Assembly (NCBI GenBank): GCA_965238075.1
Contig: OZ250173.1
Location: 3,136,001 to 3,200,000 of the forward strand
Reading direction: 5' to 3'
From: Candidatus Entotheonellaceae bacterium
Lineage (GTDB): Bacteria > Tectomicrobia > Entotheonellia > Entotheonellales > Entotheonellaceae
Length of the DNA: 64,000 nucleotides
Shown here: piece by piece, positions 40,364 through 49,664 of the stretch
Layout of the letters: each line of letters starts with the position of its first letter
Position numbering within the stretch: position 1 is the stretch's first letter
Position numbers and translations under genes: made by a program
The notes under the pieces: model-generated
The model's database searches: none
Seen by the model: the letters and a program-made list of their open reading frames with translations, nothing else
What the model was told of the DNA's origin: nothing

Positions 40364-41548
40364 ATGGACATGATGGACCGGGTGCAGGACATTGAGGAAC
40401 GCTATTCAACCGGCGTGTACGCCAAGCGCGGCGTGACGATCGTGCGCGGCGAGGGCACCCGCCTGTGGGACGCCGAGGGCACTGAATACATTGACTGCGC
40501 CAGCGGTATGGGCGTGGCCAGCGTCGGGCACGCGCATCCCAGGGTGGCGGAAGCGCTGGCCCAACAGGCGCGGACGCTCATTACCTGCCCCGAGTTGTTT
40601 TACAACGACCGCCGCGCTGATCTGCTGGAGAAGCTGGCTGCCGTCACCCCACCTGGCCTCGATCGCATCTTTTTATGCAACTCCGGTACCGAGGCGATTG
40701 AAGGCGCCCTGAAATTCGCTCGTGCCAGCACGGGAAAGAACGGCGTCGTGGCCGCCACCCGGGGTTACCACGGCCGCACCCTGGGTGCCTTGGCGGCAAC
40801 CTGGGACCCGAAGCATCGCGAGGTGGCCAGCCTGTTGCCCGAGGGCTATCGGCACGTGCCCTACGATAAGCTGTCGGCCCTTGAGGAGGCGTTGGACGAC
40901 GATACCGCCGCGGTTCTCCTGGAGGTTGTGCAGGGCGAAGGCGGCGTGCGTCCGGCGAGCGCGGACTACTTGCAGGGCGCCCAGACGCTTTGTCGCCACC
41001 GGGGCGTTCTGTTGATCATCGACGAAGTCCAGACGGGCTTCGGACGCACCGGGAGGTTCTTCGCCTGCGACCATTACGGCCTGGAACCGGATATTCTCGC
41101 CATGGCCAAAGCGATGGCCGGCGGGCTGCCCATGGGGGCCTTCGCCATCAGCGAACGGGTCGGTCAAATGCCAAAGGGGCTGCACAGCTCGACGTTCGGC
41201 GGCAATCCCCTCGCCTGCGCCGTCGCTGCCGCCGTGATCGACATCCTGCAGGAGCAGCGCCTGCCCGAGCACGCCGCGGAGACCGGTCGATACTTTGCAG
41301 ACAGCCTGCGCGCCATGCAGGCGCCCCAGGTGCGCGCCGTGCGCGGTCTCGGCCTCATGATTGGCATGGAACTGAAAGAGAAAGTCGCGCCGCATTTGCG
41401 CGCCCTGATGGCGCGCGGCGTACTGGCGTTGGCGGCCGGCGCCACGGTGCTGCGGTTTTTGCCGCCCCTGACGATCAGCCGCGACGAGGTCGATATGGTG
41501 GTAACGCAGGTGGCGGACGTTCTCGGCGCTGGGAAGGGACAGAAATAA
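40364..41548 (+). CDS. lysJ: LysW-aminoadipate semialdehyde aminotransferase (class III, ArgD-like)
   Basis: [40 protein letters not shown]. Confidence 0.92.
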   Translation: MDMMDRVQDIEERYSTGVYAKRGVTIVRGEGTRLWDAEGTEYIDCASGMGVASVGHAHPRVAEALAQQARTLITCPELFYNDRRADLLEKLAAVTPPGLDRIFLCNSGTEAIEGALKFARASTGKNGVVAATRGYHGRTLGALAATWDPKHREVASLLPEGYRHVPYDKLSALEEALDDDTAAVLLEVVQGEGGVRPASADYLQGAQTLCRHRGVLLIIDEVQTGFGRTGRFFACDHYGLEPDILAMAKAMAGGLPMGAFAISERVGQMPKGLHSSTFGGNPLACAVAAAVIDILQEQRLPEHAAETGRYFADSLRAMQAPQVRAVRGLGLMIGMELKEKVAPHLRALMARGVLALAAGATVLRFLPPLTISRDEVDMVVTQVADVLGAGKGQK

Positions 41549-42933
41549 TGAGACGCACGCGGGTTCTCGAAGCGCTGAACAGCGCGCAGGCAAGCGACGC
41601 CATTCTGGTCAAGGGTTGGGTGCGAACCCGGCGCGATGCGAAGGGATTGTCGTTTCTGGAACTCAATGACGGCTCGTGCCTGAAGAATCTGCAGGTCATT
41701 GTCGATGCCGTCACGCCCGCTGCCGCGGCCCTGGAAACGGTCACCACCGGCGCCGCGGTCGAGGTCGAGGGTGCGCTGGTCGCATCGCCCGGCAAAAACC
41801 AGCAGTGGGAAGTACACGCCAATGCCCTTCAGCTGCTGGGCGGCGCCGACCCGGAGTCCTACCCGCTGCAGAAAAAGCGTCACTCCGACGAGTTTCTGCG
41901 TTCCATCGCCCATCTCCGCCCCCGCACCAACAAGTACGGCGCCCTGTTCCGTATCCGTTCCGAAACGGCTTTCGCCGTGCACCAGTTCTTCCGCCAACGC
42001 GGCTTTCACCACCTGCACGCTCCCATCATTACCGGCTCGGACTGCGAGGGCGCCGGTGAGATGTTCCGGGTCACCACCCTGCCCTTTTCGCCGCCGCCCG
42101 GTGCCCCTGAGCGCCCCGGCGTGGCCGACGACTTTTTCGGCAAGGAAGCCAATCTGACCGTGTCCGGGCAACTGGAGGCCGAGTTGTTCGCCTGCGCCTT
42201 GGGCAACGTGTACACCTTTGGGCCGACGTTCCGGGCGGAAAATTCCAACACCCCGCGGCACGCCGCCGAGTTCTGGATGATCGAGCCGGAAATGGCTTTT
42301 GCCGATCTGGAAGATGATATGGACCTGGGCGAGGACTTGGTGCGGGGCTTGGTGAACCACGTCCTGGAGCATTGCGCCGCTGATCTGGAGTTGTTTGCCC
42401 GCTTTGTCGATCCCGACCTGATGGCGAACCTGCGCACCATCGCCGAGGAGTCCTACGTGCGCATGCCGTACACCGAGGCTATCGCCGTCCTGCAACGTTC
42501 GGGCAAGTCGTTCCAGTTTCCGGTCGCCTATGGGGTGGACTTGCAGACCGAGCACGAGCGCTATCTGACGGAGGAACACTGCAAGAAGCCGGTCATGGTG
42601 TACAACTACCCCAAGGAAATTAAATCCTTTTATATGCGGCTGAACGACGACGGCCAGACGGTGGCGGCCATGGATCTGCTGGTGCCGCGCATCGGTGAGC
42701 TCATTGGGGGTAGTCAGCGTGAGGAGCGTCTGGAGGTGCTCGAACGGCGCCTCGGCGAGTTTGACCTGCGGCCGCAGGATTATTGGTGGTATCTGGACAT
42801 ACGACGTTTCGGCACGGCCCCGCACGCCGGCTTCGGGCTGGGCTTTGAGCGTTTGCTGATGATGGTCACCGGCGTTACGAATATCCGCGACGTCATCCCC
42901 TTTCCCCGTACGCCTAAGCACCTGGAATTTTAA
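41548..42933 (+). CDS. asnS: Asparagine--tRNA ligase
   Basis: [57 protein letters not shown] coupling with lysJ. Confidence 0.98.
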   Translation: MRRTRVLEALNSAQASDAILVKGWVRTRRDAKGLSFLELNDGSCLKNLQVIVDAVTPAAAALETVTTGAAVEVEGALVASPGKNQQWEVHANALQLLGGADPESYPLQKKRHSDEFLRSIAHLRPRTNKYGALFRIRSETAFAVHQFFRQRGFHHLHAPIITGSDCEGAGEMFRVTTLPFSPPPGAPERPGVADDFFGKEANLTVSGQLEAELFACALGNVYTFGPTFRAENSNTPRHAAEFWMIEPEMAFADLEDDMDLGEDLVRGLVNHVLEHCAADLELFARFVDPDLMANLRTIAEESYVRMPYTEAIAVLQRSGKSFQFPVAYGVDLQTEHERYLTEEHCKKPVMVYNYPKEIKSFYMRLNDDGQTVAAMDLLVPRIGELIGGSQREERLEVLERRLGEFDLRPQDYWWYLDIRRFGTAPHAGFGLGFERLLMMVTGVTNIRDVIPFPRTPKHLEF

Positions 42934-42947
42934 TTCGACCCCGGCAA

Positions 42948-43080
42948 GCGACGAAGCTTCGTCGCTCCGGCGAAAGAACGTCACCCCGGACCCCGGATCA
43001 AGTCCGGGGCAGGCTTTGATCCGGGGTCCAGGTATTCGGTGGCACAAGGGTCGCTGGATTCCGGAATTCGCCGGAATGAA
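42948..43080. repeat. Nested REP-like palindromic element between convergent asnS and clpA
   Basis: Perfect 18-bp palindrome GCGACGAAGCTTCGTCGC (42948-42965); GTCACCCCGGAC...TTGATCCGGGGTCCA (42980-43030) with internal CCCCGGATCAAGTCCGGGG; CTGGATTCCGGAATTCGCCGGAATGA right arm. Confidence 0.8.
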
Positions 43081-43135
43081 CAGCAGCATGCCTCGACGCC
43101 ATATCGTTCAGATTCTTCCCTGACCAAGCGGGGCC

Positions 43136-45424
43136 CTACGACGCACGAAACGCCAGCACCAAGTCGTTCTTCCTGACCTTGACGACCGCTCGGCCCCCCT
43201 CTTGCAGGTCCCCGAACAGAATCGCTTCAGACAACGACTCCGTGATGCGCTGCTGGATCAAACGGGCCATCGGGCGCGCACCATGGAAACGGTCAAAACC
43301 CTCCTGTGCCAGCCAGCGCCGCGCCGCGTCTGTCAGCTGCAGGCTCACCTGCTTGTCTTCAAGCTTGCCTCGCAGCTCGTCGACAAACTTATCAACGACA
43401 CGCTCCACGTCTGCCATGGTGAGGGCGTTGAACTGAACCCAGGCGTCGAGGCGATTGCGAAACTCGGGGCTGAAAGTGCGTTCGATGGCAGTCTTGGCCT
43501 TCGCCGCCGCTGCACCCGGGTCGCTGTCGCCACGTTTCGCGCCTGTGGCACGAAAGCCGATCTCTTCGCTGGCGATTTCACGCCCTCCGGCGTTCGTGGT
43601 CATGATGACGACGACGTTGCGGAAGTCCGCCTTCTTGCCGTTGTTGTCCGTCAGGGTGGCGTGGTCCATCACCTGCAACAGCAGGTTGAACACGTCGGGA
43701 TGCGCCTTCTCGATTTCGTCCAATACCAGAACGGCGTGCGGCGTTTTGACCACGGCGTCGGTCAACAGCCCGCCTTGATCGAACCCCACATAACCCGGCG
43801 GCGCCCCGATCAACCGCGACACGGTGTGTTTCTCCATGTACTCGCTCATGTCGAAGCGAAGGAAGTTTACGCCGAGCACCCGGGCGAGCTGTCTGGCGAG
43901 TTCGGTCTTTCCCACCCCGGTCGGGCCCGCAAACAGAAACGAGCCGATCGGCTTCGTGGCCGCGCCCAGCCCGGAACGCGACAGTTTCACCGCCTTGACG
44001 ACCCGCTCGATGGCGTGGTTCTGCCCATAAATGACGCCTTTCAGCGCCTTATCCAGATTGGCCAAGCGGTCTTTGTCCGAACTCGAAACGGAACGCGCGG
44101 GAATTCTGGCCATGTCGGCCACCACCCGCTCAATATCAGGCACGGTGATCTGTCTGCCAACCCGCTCGTCCTCGGGCAGTAGTTTCACCGCCGCGCCCGC
44201 CTCGTCAATCACGTCGATGGCCTTGTCCGGCAGGAAACGATCGCTGATGTGCTTGGCGGACAACTCAGCCGCTGCTGCAAGGGCCGCATCGTTGTACGTG
44301 ATGCCGTGATGGGTCTCGTAATAGCCCCGCAGCCCCTGCAGGATGCGTTGGGTATCGGCCACGGAAGGTTCGTCGATGTCGATCTTTTGGAACCGCCGGC
44401 CGAGGGCCTTATCGCGTTCGAAAGAGGCTTTGTATTCGGGAAAGGTGGTCGAGCCGATGCACCGCAGTTCCCCGCCGGCCAGGGCCGGCTTGAGCAGGTT
44501 CGAGGCGTCCATCATGCCGCCCTCAACCGCTCCGGCGCGTACGATGGTGTGGATTTCGTCGATGAACAGGATCGCTCCCGGCTTCTCGCGCAGCGCTTTG
44601 ATGACGGCCTTGAGGCGCTGTTCGAACTGGCCTCGGTACTGGGCTCCGGCGATGAGCGCTCCCAAATCCAGGGCGTAAACCTCGGTGTTGCGCAGGGCTT
44701 CCGGGACCTCGCCGCGCTGAATTCTGAGGGCTAGGCCCTCGGCGACGGCCGTTTTGCCGACGCCCGGCTCGCCGACGTACACCGGGTTGTTCTTGCGGCG
44801 GCGGCACAAGACCTGGATGGTGCGTCTGATCTCCGCCTCGCGCCCGATGAGCGGGTCGATGCCGTCATTCTCGGCCAGCTCGATCAGATTGACCGTGAAG
44901 GCGGCCAACGGATCACGCGCCGGGCGCGCCGCGCCAGTCTCGCCGCCGGGGGTTGCGGGGTCCTCCGTTCTGTCGTCTTCATCCGCGAAGCCGCGTTTTG
45001 AAATGCCGTGCGAAATATAGTTCAGAACGTCCAACTTGCTGATGCCCTGCTTCTGCAGCAGATAAACGGCGTGCGAGCGTGTCTCTTGAAACATCGCAGC
45101 CAGCACGTTGCCGCCGTCGATTGCCGGCTGGCCCGAGCCCTGCGCCTGCAGTAACGCGCGCTGCAGGACGCGCTCGAATGACGCTGTCGGCTGCGGCGCC
45201 GCATTCACCCCGCGCGGCAGCGCTTGCAGGTGCTCCGCCATGAACGCGTCCAGGGCGCTCCTGATCTGCGCGATGTCGCCGCCGCAGTTGTGAATCACGT
45301 CGTTGCTGGTTGGATCATCCAGCAGCGCGTGCAGGACGTGTTCCAGCGTGATGTATTCGTGGCGCTGGTGCGCGGCCGCATGGCTGGCCTCGCTGAGCGA
45401 CCGTTGCAAGTCTCGTGTCAACAT
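43136..45424 (-). CDS. clpA: ATP-dependent Clp protease ATP-binding subunit ClpA
   Basis: [42 protein letters not shown], no M domain; downstream of clpS. Confidence 0.98.
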   Translation of the reverse strand: MLTRDLQRSLSEASHAAAHQRHEYITLEHVLHALLDDPTSNDVIHNCGGDIAQIRSALDAFMAEHLQALPRGVNAAPQPTASFERVLQRALLQAQGSGQPAIDGGNVLAAMFQETRSHAVYLLQKQGISKLDVLNYISHGISKRGFADEDDRTEDPATPGGETGAARPARDPLAAFTVNLIELAENDGIDPLIGREAEIRRTIQVLCRRRKNNPVYVGEPGVGKTAVAEGLALRIQRGEVPEALRNTEVYALDLGALIAGAQYRGQFEQRLKAVIKALREKPGAILFIDEIHTIVRAGAVEGGMMDASNLLKPALAGGELRCIGSTTFPEYKASFERDKALGRRFQKIDIDEPSVADTQRILQGLRGYYETHHGITYNDAALAAAAELSAKHISDRFLPDKAIDVIDEAGAAVKLLPEDERVGRQITVPDIERVVADMARIPARSVSSSDKDRLANLDKALKGVIYGQNHAIERVVKAVKLSRSGLGAATKPIGSFLFAGPTGVGKTELARQLARVLGVNFLRFDMSEYMEKHTVSRLIGAPPGYVGFDQGGLLTDAVVKTPHAVLVLDEIEKAHPDVFNLLLQVMDHATLTDNNGKKADFRNVVVIMTTNAGGREIASEEIGFRATGAKRGDSDPGAAAAKAKTAIERTFSPEFRNRLDAWVQFNALTMADVERVVDKFVDELRGKLEDKQVSLQLTDAARRWLAQEGFDRFHGARPMARLIQQRITESLSEAILFGDLQEGGRAVVKVRKNDLVLAFRAS

Positions 45425-45461
45425 GGTGCGATCACCCGTACGCCGCTTCCGGCAATCATGG

Positions 45462-45788
45462 CTACTCCTGTTCGAGGGTGCACAGCAGGGGGAAATCCTC
45501 TGCTCCGGCGAGTTCCGCGACCCTGTTCACCTTGGCCTCGGCGATTTCATACGTATAGACACCCGCCACGCCGACGCCCTGATGATGCACCGCGAGCATG
45601 ATCTGCAGGGCCTCCGGCTCCGGGCGGTGAAACACCTGGAGCAGAATGTCGACCACGAACTCCATGGTTGTGAAGTCGTCGTTGTGCAGCAGGACCTTGA
45701 ACAAGGGCGGTTTTTCGATCTGCTTGGCAGTCTCGGCGAGCGTCCCGACGCCGTGGCCGGGCGTGTTGTCTTCTTCCCAGTCCGGCAT
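45462..45788 (-). CDS. clpS: Clp protease adaptor ClpS
   Basis: FKVLLHNDDFTTMEFVV, IMLAVH..G, EIAEAK, FPL. Confidence 0.97.
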   Translation of the reverse strand: MPDWEEDNTPGHGVGTLAETAKQIEKPPLFKVLLHNDDFTTMEFVVDILLQVFHRPEPEALQIMLAVHHQGVGVAGVYTYEIAEAKVNRVAELAGAEDFPLLCTLEQE

Positions 45789-45919
45789 GATCAAACCTCC
45801 AGGTCTTGGCGATCGACGACGGAAATTCTTGCAGGCGCGCAGCAAAATTTCAACCGCCGGGACCCCATGCTATGATGCCGCGCTTGCCATCGAAACCCCT
45901 CAATTGAAGGAGGCGCGAC

Positions 45920-46858
45920 ATGCGGTTTGGCCTGGGATTGCCCCACAGCGGGGACGGCGTTCAGGGCGCCAAAATCATCGAGTTTGCCCAACGCGCCGAG
46001 GCGCTTGGCTTTGAATCGCTGTGGTGCGGCGACCATATTCTACTGCCCACCGCCGGCACCAACCAGTATCCCTATACGGCTGACGGCTCATTTCCTCGCG
46101 ATGCGAGCGTCGGCTTCCTGGAAACCCTCAGCGTGCTGTGCTACGTGGCCGCGGTTACCGAACGCATCCGCCTGGGCAGCACGGTCATCATTCTGCCCTA
46201 CCGCAACCCCATCGTGCAGGCCAAGGTGTTTGCCACCCTGGACGTGCTGAGCGGCGGGCGGGCGATCTGCGGGGTTGGCGTCGGCTGGCTCGAAAAGGAG
46301 TTCCAAAGCCTCGGAGTTCCATACGCCGAACGCGGGCCCATGAGCGACGAATTCCTCCGCATCTTCCACACGTTATGGAACGACGAGCACCCGGAATTTC
46401 ACGGCAAATTCTATCAGTTCGATGGCATGCAGTTTCAGCCCAAGCCGGTCCAGAATCCCCTGCCCATCTGGGTCGGCGGCCATAGCCGGCGCGCCATCCG
46501 ACGCACCATCGCGTACGGCCAGGCCTGGCACCCGACGCGCCAGACACCCGCCTACGTACTCGAACACCTCCCTTATTTGCGCGAAGAGGCGGAACGCGCC
46601 GGCCGCGACCCGGACGGCATCACCATTTCCCTCAAGCGCAGTCTCCACATCACCGACATCGGCCCGACCGGCGAGGCTGCCTTCCGCTCCGGCAACGCTC
46701 TGATCGGCACCACGCAGGACATTATTGACGATGCCCGCCGCTGCCAGGACATGGGTATTCACCAACTCACCTACGACTTTCGCACCGACGACGTCGCGCA
46801 GCAAATCGCCATCATCGAGCAGGTCGCCGACCGTGTGATGCCAACCGTAGCGGCGTGA
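45920..46858 (+). CDS. LLM-class, probably F420-dependent, oxidoreductase
   Basis: AEALGFESLWCGDH, LPYRNP, DVLSGGR, GVGW..EF, PKPVQ.P.PIWVGG. Confidence 0.88.
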   Translation: MRFGLGLPHSGDGVQGAKIIEFAQRAEALGFESLWCGDHILLPTAGTNQYPYTADGSFPRDASVGFLETLSVLCYVAAVTERIRLGSTVIILPYRNPIVQAKVFATLDVLSGGRAICGVGVGWLEKEFQSLGVPYAERGPMSDEFLRIFHTLWNDEHPEFHGKFYQFDGMQFQPKPVQNPLPIWVGGHSRRAIRRTIAYGQAWHPTRQTPAYVLEHLPYLREEAERAGRDPDGITISLKRSLHITDIGPTGEAAFRSGNALIGTTQDIIDDARRCQDMGIHQLTYDFRTDDVAQQIAIIEQVADRVMPTVAA

Positions 46859-46916
46859 TCCGGCCGTTACGAGATCCTCCCCTCTGCGCGACCTGTCGCT
46901 GTCGGCATTTACGTAG

Positions 46917-46963
46917 TTTCACTATGTGGCGTAAAATAATATGTTGTGTGCCACATATTGAAA
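46917..46963. repeat. 14-bp inverted repeat around AT-rich spacer (related to 48479-48515)
   Basis: TTTCACTATGTGGC / GCCACATATTGAAA (13 of 14 complementary), 19-nt spacer. Confidence 0.65.
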
Positions 46964-47236
46964 TTGCCGAAATGTGAGCCATGAATGGCAAACAACTCGC
47001 GCCTTGCATGCCGGCGTTCAGATGGGGTCCTCGTCGCTTTTGTTTGGTGGGAGCGAAGGGTCTCCTTTCGCAGTAACCGCCGTCGGCCTTACCGGTGGCC
47101 ACGCACAAAAGGAATACAATTCACCAAGCCGTAATCTTAGGAATGATGAGTCGTCGATCCGTCACTCCAGTGGAAGCCGGGGTCCAGGTTCTTCGGTAGC
47201 CAGGAGCCCGTCCCGGCCTCGGGGCAGTGGATTCCC

Positions 47237-48266
47237 TAGAATCACAAACGAAGTGCAACACTTTGTTAAGGTGTTGCCATGGGACTTTGCTACACACACC
47301 TCAACATCGAGGAGCGATGTCACATTGCCCGATTACGTACCGAGGGACACTCAGTGCGCCAAATCGCGGCAAGTCTGGATCGCACGCCATCAACCCTTAG
47401 TCGGGAGCTGAAACGCAATGGCTCAAAGACCCGCGGCTACCAGCCCCGCTATGCCGACCAGCAAGCACGCGCCAGGCGTTGGCGCGGCTCAAAGCTTGAG
47501 CGCGATGCAGCCCTGCGACACCGCGTCCTGGCCTGCCTCAAGCTCGGCTGGTCGCCCCAACAGGTGGCCGGCAGGCTCGCCCGCGAGGCCACCAAGTGCC
47601 TTATGTCATACGAGACCATCTACCGCTTCATCTATGCCCAACTCGCCCGCAAGAACGACTACGCCTGGCGCCACTATCTGCCCTTTGCCAAATCGAAACG
47701 CGGCAGACGGCGGCGCAAAGGCCGCAGTCCGGCGTCCTTCATCAAACTCAGACGACCCCTGGCGGAGCGTCCGACCGAGGTCGCTGAGCGCCGCACACCC
47801 GGACACTGGGAGGCCGACCTGATGCTGTTCAGGACTTATGGACAAGCGATTCTGACTTTGCACGAGCGCCAGTCGCGCCTGCTCATCGCAGCCAGGGCGC
47901 CCGGCAAAGCCGCCGCTCCCATCGCCAAGGCCATGAGAGGTCTCCTGGGCTCCTTGCCGTCTGAGTGGCGGCAAACGGTCACCTTCGACAACGGCACGGA
48001 GTTCGCCAGACATTACCGACTCCATGACCTCGGTATCGAGACCTTTTTCTGCGACGCGCATGCGCCGTGGCAAAAGGGTGGTGTGGAAAACGCCATCGGT
48101 CGCATGCGTCGCAGCTTGCCCCGCAAGAGCGATCTGACGGGCTTGTCAGAGGAGCGCTTTACGGAACGGGTGCAGGCGTACAACAATACGCCTCGCAAAT
48201 GTCTCGGTTACCAAACGCCAGCCGAGACCTTCTGGAAACACGTGTTGCACTTGAAATGTGAATCTA
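47237..48266 (+). mobile_element. IS30-family insertion sequence
   Basis: Terminal IRs TAGAATCACAAACGAAGTGCAACAC and GTGTTGCACTTGAAATGTGAATCTA (20 of 25 complementary), CCC on both flanks; ends could extend 2 bp. Confidence 0.93.
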
Positions 48267-48289
48267 CCCTCCGGCATGCGCCGGAGTGA
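47279..48289 (+). CDS. IS30 family transposase
   Basis: YTHL..EER, SRELKRN, WSPQQV, ETIY, GHWEAD, TFDNGTEF, PWQKGGVEN, NNTPRKCLGY. Confidence 0.97.
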   Translation: MGLCYTHLNIEERCHIARLRTEGHSVRQIAASLDRTPSTLSRELKRNGSKTRGYQPRYADQQARARRWRGSKLERDAALRHRVLACLKLGWSPQQVAGRLAREATKCLMSYETIYRFIYAQLARKNDYAWRHYLPFAKSKRGRRRRKGRSPASFIKLRRPLAERPTEVAERRTPGHWEADLMLFRTYGQAILTLHERQSRLLIAARAPGKAAAPIAKAMRGLLGSLPSEWRQTVTFDNGTEFARHYRLHDLGIETFFCDAHAPWQKGGVENAIGRMRRSLPRKSDLTGLSEERFTERVQAYNNTPRKCLGYQTPAETFWKHVLHLKCESTLRHAPE

Positions 48290-48500
48290 CGACTTGGAGG
48301 CATTGGCCGCGCCGCCCTTTTCGATTAGGTACGGAATGTTCTAGTGCCCTATCGGTGGCTCTGGAGACCATTTTGTTGGCACGATGGAGCGCCTCGGGAA
48401 AGAATTGAACAATCGTTGCGCGGAGGCAGGGAGCGGATAGCTGGAAAGGGATGTCGGCGTGGAAAATATTATTATGCCTTGTATGGCGTATAAAATAAAG

Positions 48501-49634
48501 TTATGTGTCATACAATGAGCGAATATCGGAATCCTTTTCTGCAAGGCTGAGCAGGCCGGAAAAGCCGAGCAACGCTGGCCGGCGTCCATTGGCGGCTCGG
48601 ATCTCCTGCAGAATCCCTTCCTCCATCAGCGTGCCGAGTAACCGGTGCGCAGTCCGCTTGGGCACTCCCGCCGCGGTGGTGAAGTCCGAGCTGCGCACGA
48701 CCGGGTGGCCGAATAACCATGTCAGGGCATCAACGGTATTTGGAGAACGGGTGATGACGGAGAAGTGGCGGGTGGTCCGATCATAGAGATCAAAGATCTC
48801 CTGTGCTTTTGCCAAGTTGTCTTCCGCCTGCATTCGTAATGCTTCGAGAAAATAGCGGCACCAGCTTGTCCAGTCGCCGTCGCGGAAAATCGCCAACAAT
48901 CCGTCGTAATACAGGTCGCGTCGTTCCTCGAGGTAGGCGCTGATATAGAAGACCGGCCGCCGAATCATTCCCTGATGCCACAGAAACAGGGGCACAAGCA
49001 TGCGCCCAAGGCGTCCGTTGCCTTCTGCAAACGGATGCAACGCTTCGAATTCCGCGTGCAAAATGGCAAGCTGAATCAGGCGATCCGGCACCGCTTCGTG
49101 AATGTAGCGCTCCCATCTGGCAACACCATCCGGCAACTCGACTGCGTCGATGGGGACGTAGGCGTCCCTCTCGACCGAGGTACCGGGACGTCCGACTCGG
49201 CCAGGGCCGCGTCGCAGTTCGCCGGGCGCTTGTTCGGTTCGTTGGGTGCCGCGCAGCAGCGTTCGGTGGGCCGCGCGGATGACACCCAAGCAGAGTGGCA
49301 ACTCCGCCAGCATTTGTTCCGCCCGGTGTAGTGCCAAGTGATAATTCAGCGTCTGTTCAACGTCGCGGCGCAATGCCGGCGAATCGACTTTCTGCCCGGC
49401 TTCGAATTCGAGCACCTCACCCAGAGTCGCCCGTCCGCCATCCATGCGTGAGGAGATAACAGCTTCCCGGAGCGATAGAAGGGTCAGCAGATTATCGGGA
49501 TCTGAAAAAGCGGCAAGCAATCCATCATAGCGTGCCACAGAAGCGGATGCAGGGCCGATGAGCGGGATCAACTGTGCCCAATCCAGGCAATCTTGAGGCG
49601 GAAAAGCCCCTGGCCGGTAGTGAATGGGTGGCAT
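48501..49634 (-). CDS. Fic family protein with C-terminal HTH
   Basis: HAEFEALHPFAEGNGRLGR Fic motif; N-terminal EAVISSRMDG. Confidence 0.93.
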   Translation of the reverse strand: MPPIHYRPGAFPPQDCLDWAQLIPLIGPASASVARYDGLLAAFSDPDNLLTLLSLREAVISSRMDGGRATLGEVLEFEAGQKVDSPALRRDVEQTLNYHLALHRAEQMLAELPLCLGVIRAAHRTLLRGTQRTEQAPGELRRGPGRVGRPGTSVERDAYVPIDAVELPDGVARWERYIHEAVPDRLIQLAILHAEFEALHPFAEGNGRLGRMLVPLFLWHQGMIRRPVFYISAYLEERRDLYYDGLLAIFRDGDWTSWCRYFLEALRMQAEDNLAKAQEIFDLYDRTTRHFSVITRSPNTVDALTWLFGHPVVRSSDFTTAAGVPKRTAHRLLGTLMEEGILQEIRAANGRRPALLGFSGLLSLAEKDSDIRSLYDT

Positions 49635-49664
49635 CGGGTTTCTTCTTCGAGAATTGGTTGGCGG

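Larger units (their letters stand above)
47161..48290. repeat. REP-like element split by IS30
   Basis: Left arm GTCACTCCAGTGGAAGCCGGGGTCCA (47161); right arm TGGATTC | IS30 | CCGGCATGCGCCGGAGTGAC (to 48290). Confidence 0.75.

Noticed and set aside
40990-41547. N-terminal extensions in the ORF track (asnS 647 aa, FAD oxidase 1086 aa, crotonase 455 aa, ccmA, ccmB, lptC, apt)
   Set aside because: They overlap neighbouring real genes or tRNAs; internal starts fit family lengths.
41164-43089. Long antisense ORFs (641 aa here; also 32481-33914, 59478-60965, 4124-5317)
   Set aside because: Shadow frames of well-supported GC-rich genes with no recognisable motifs.
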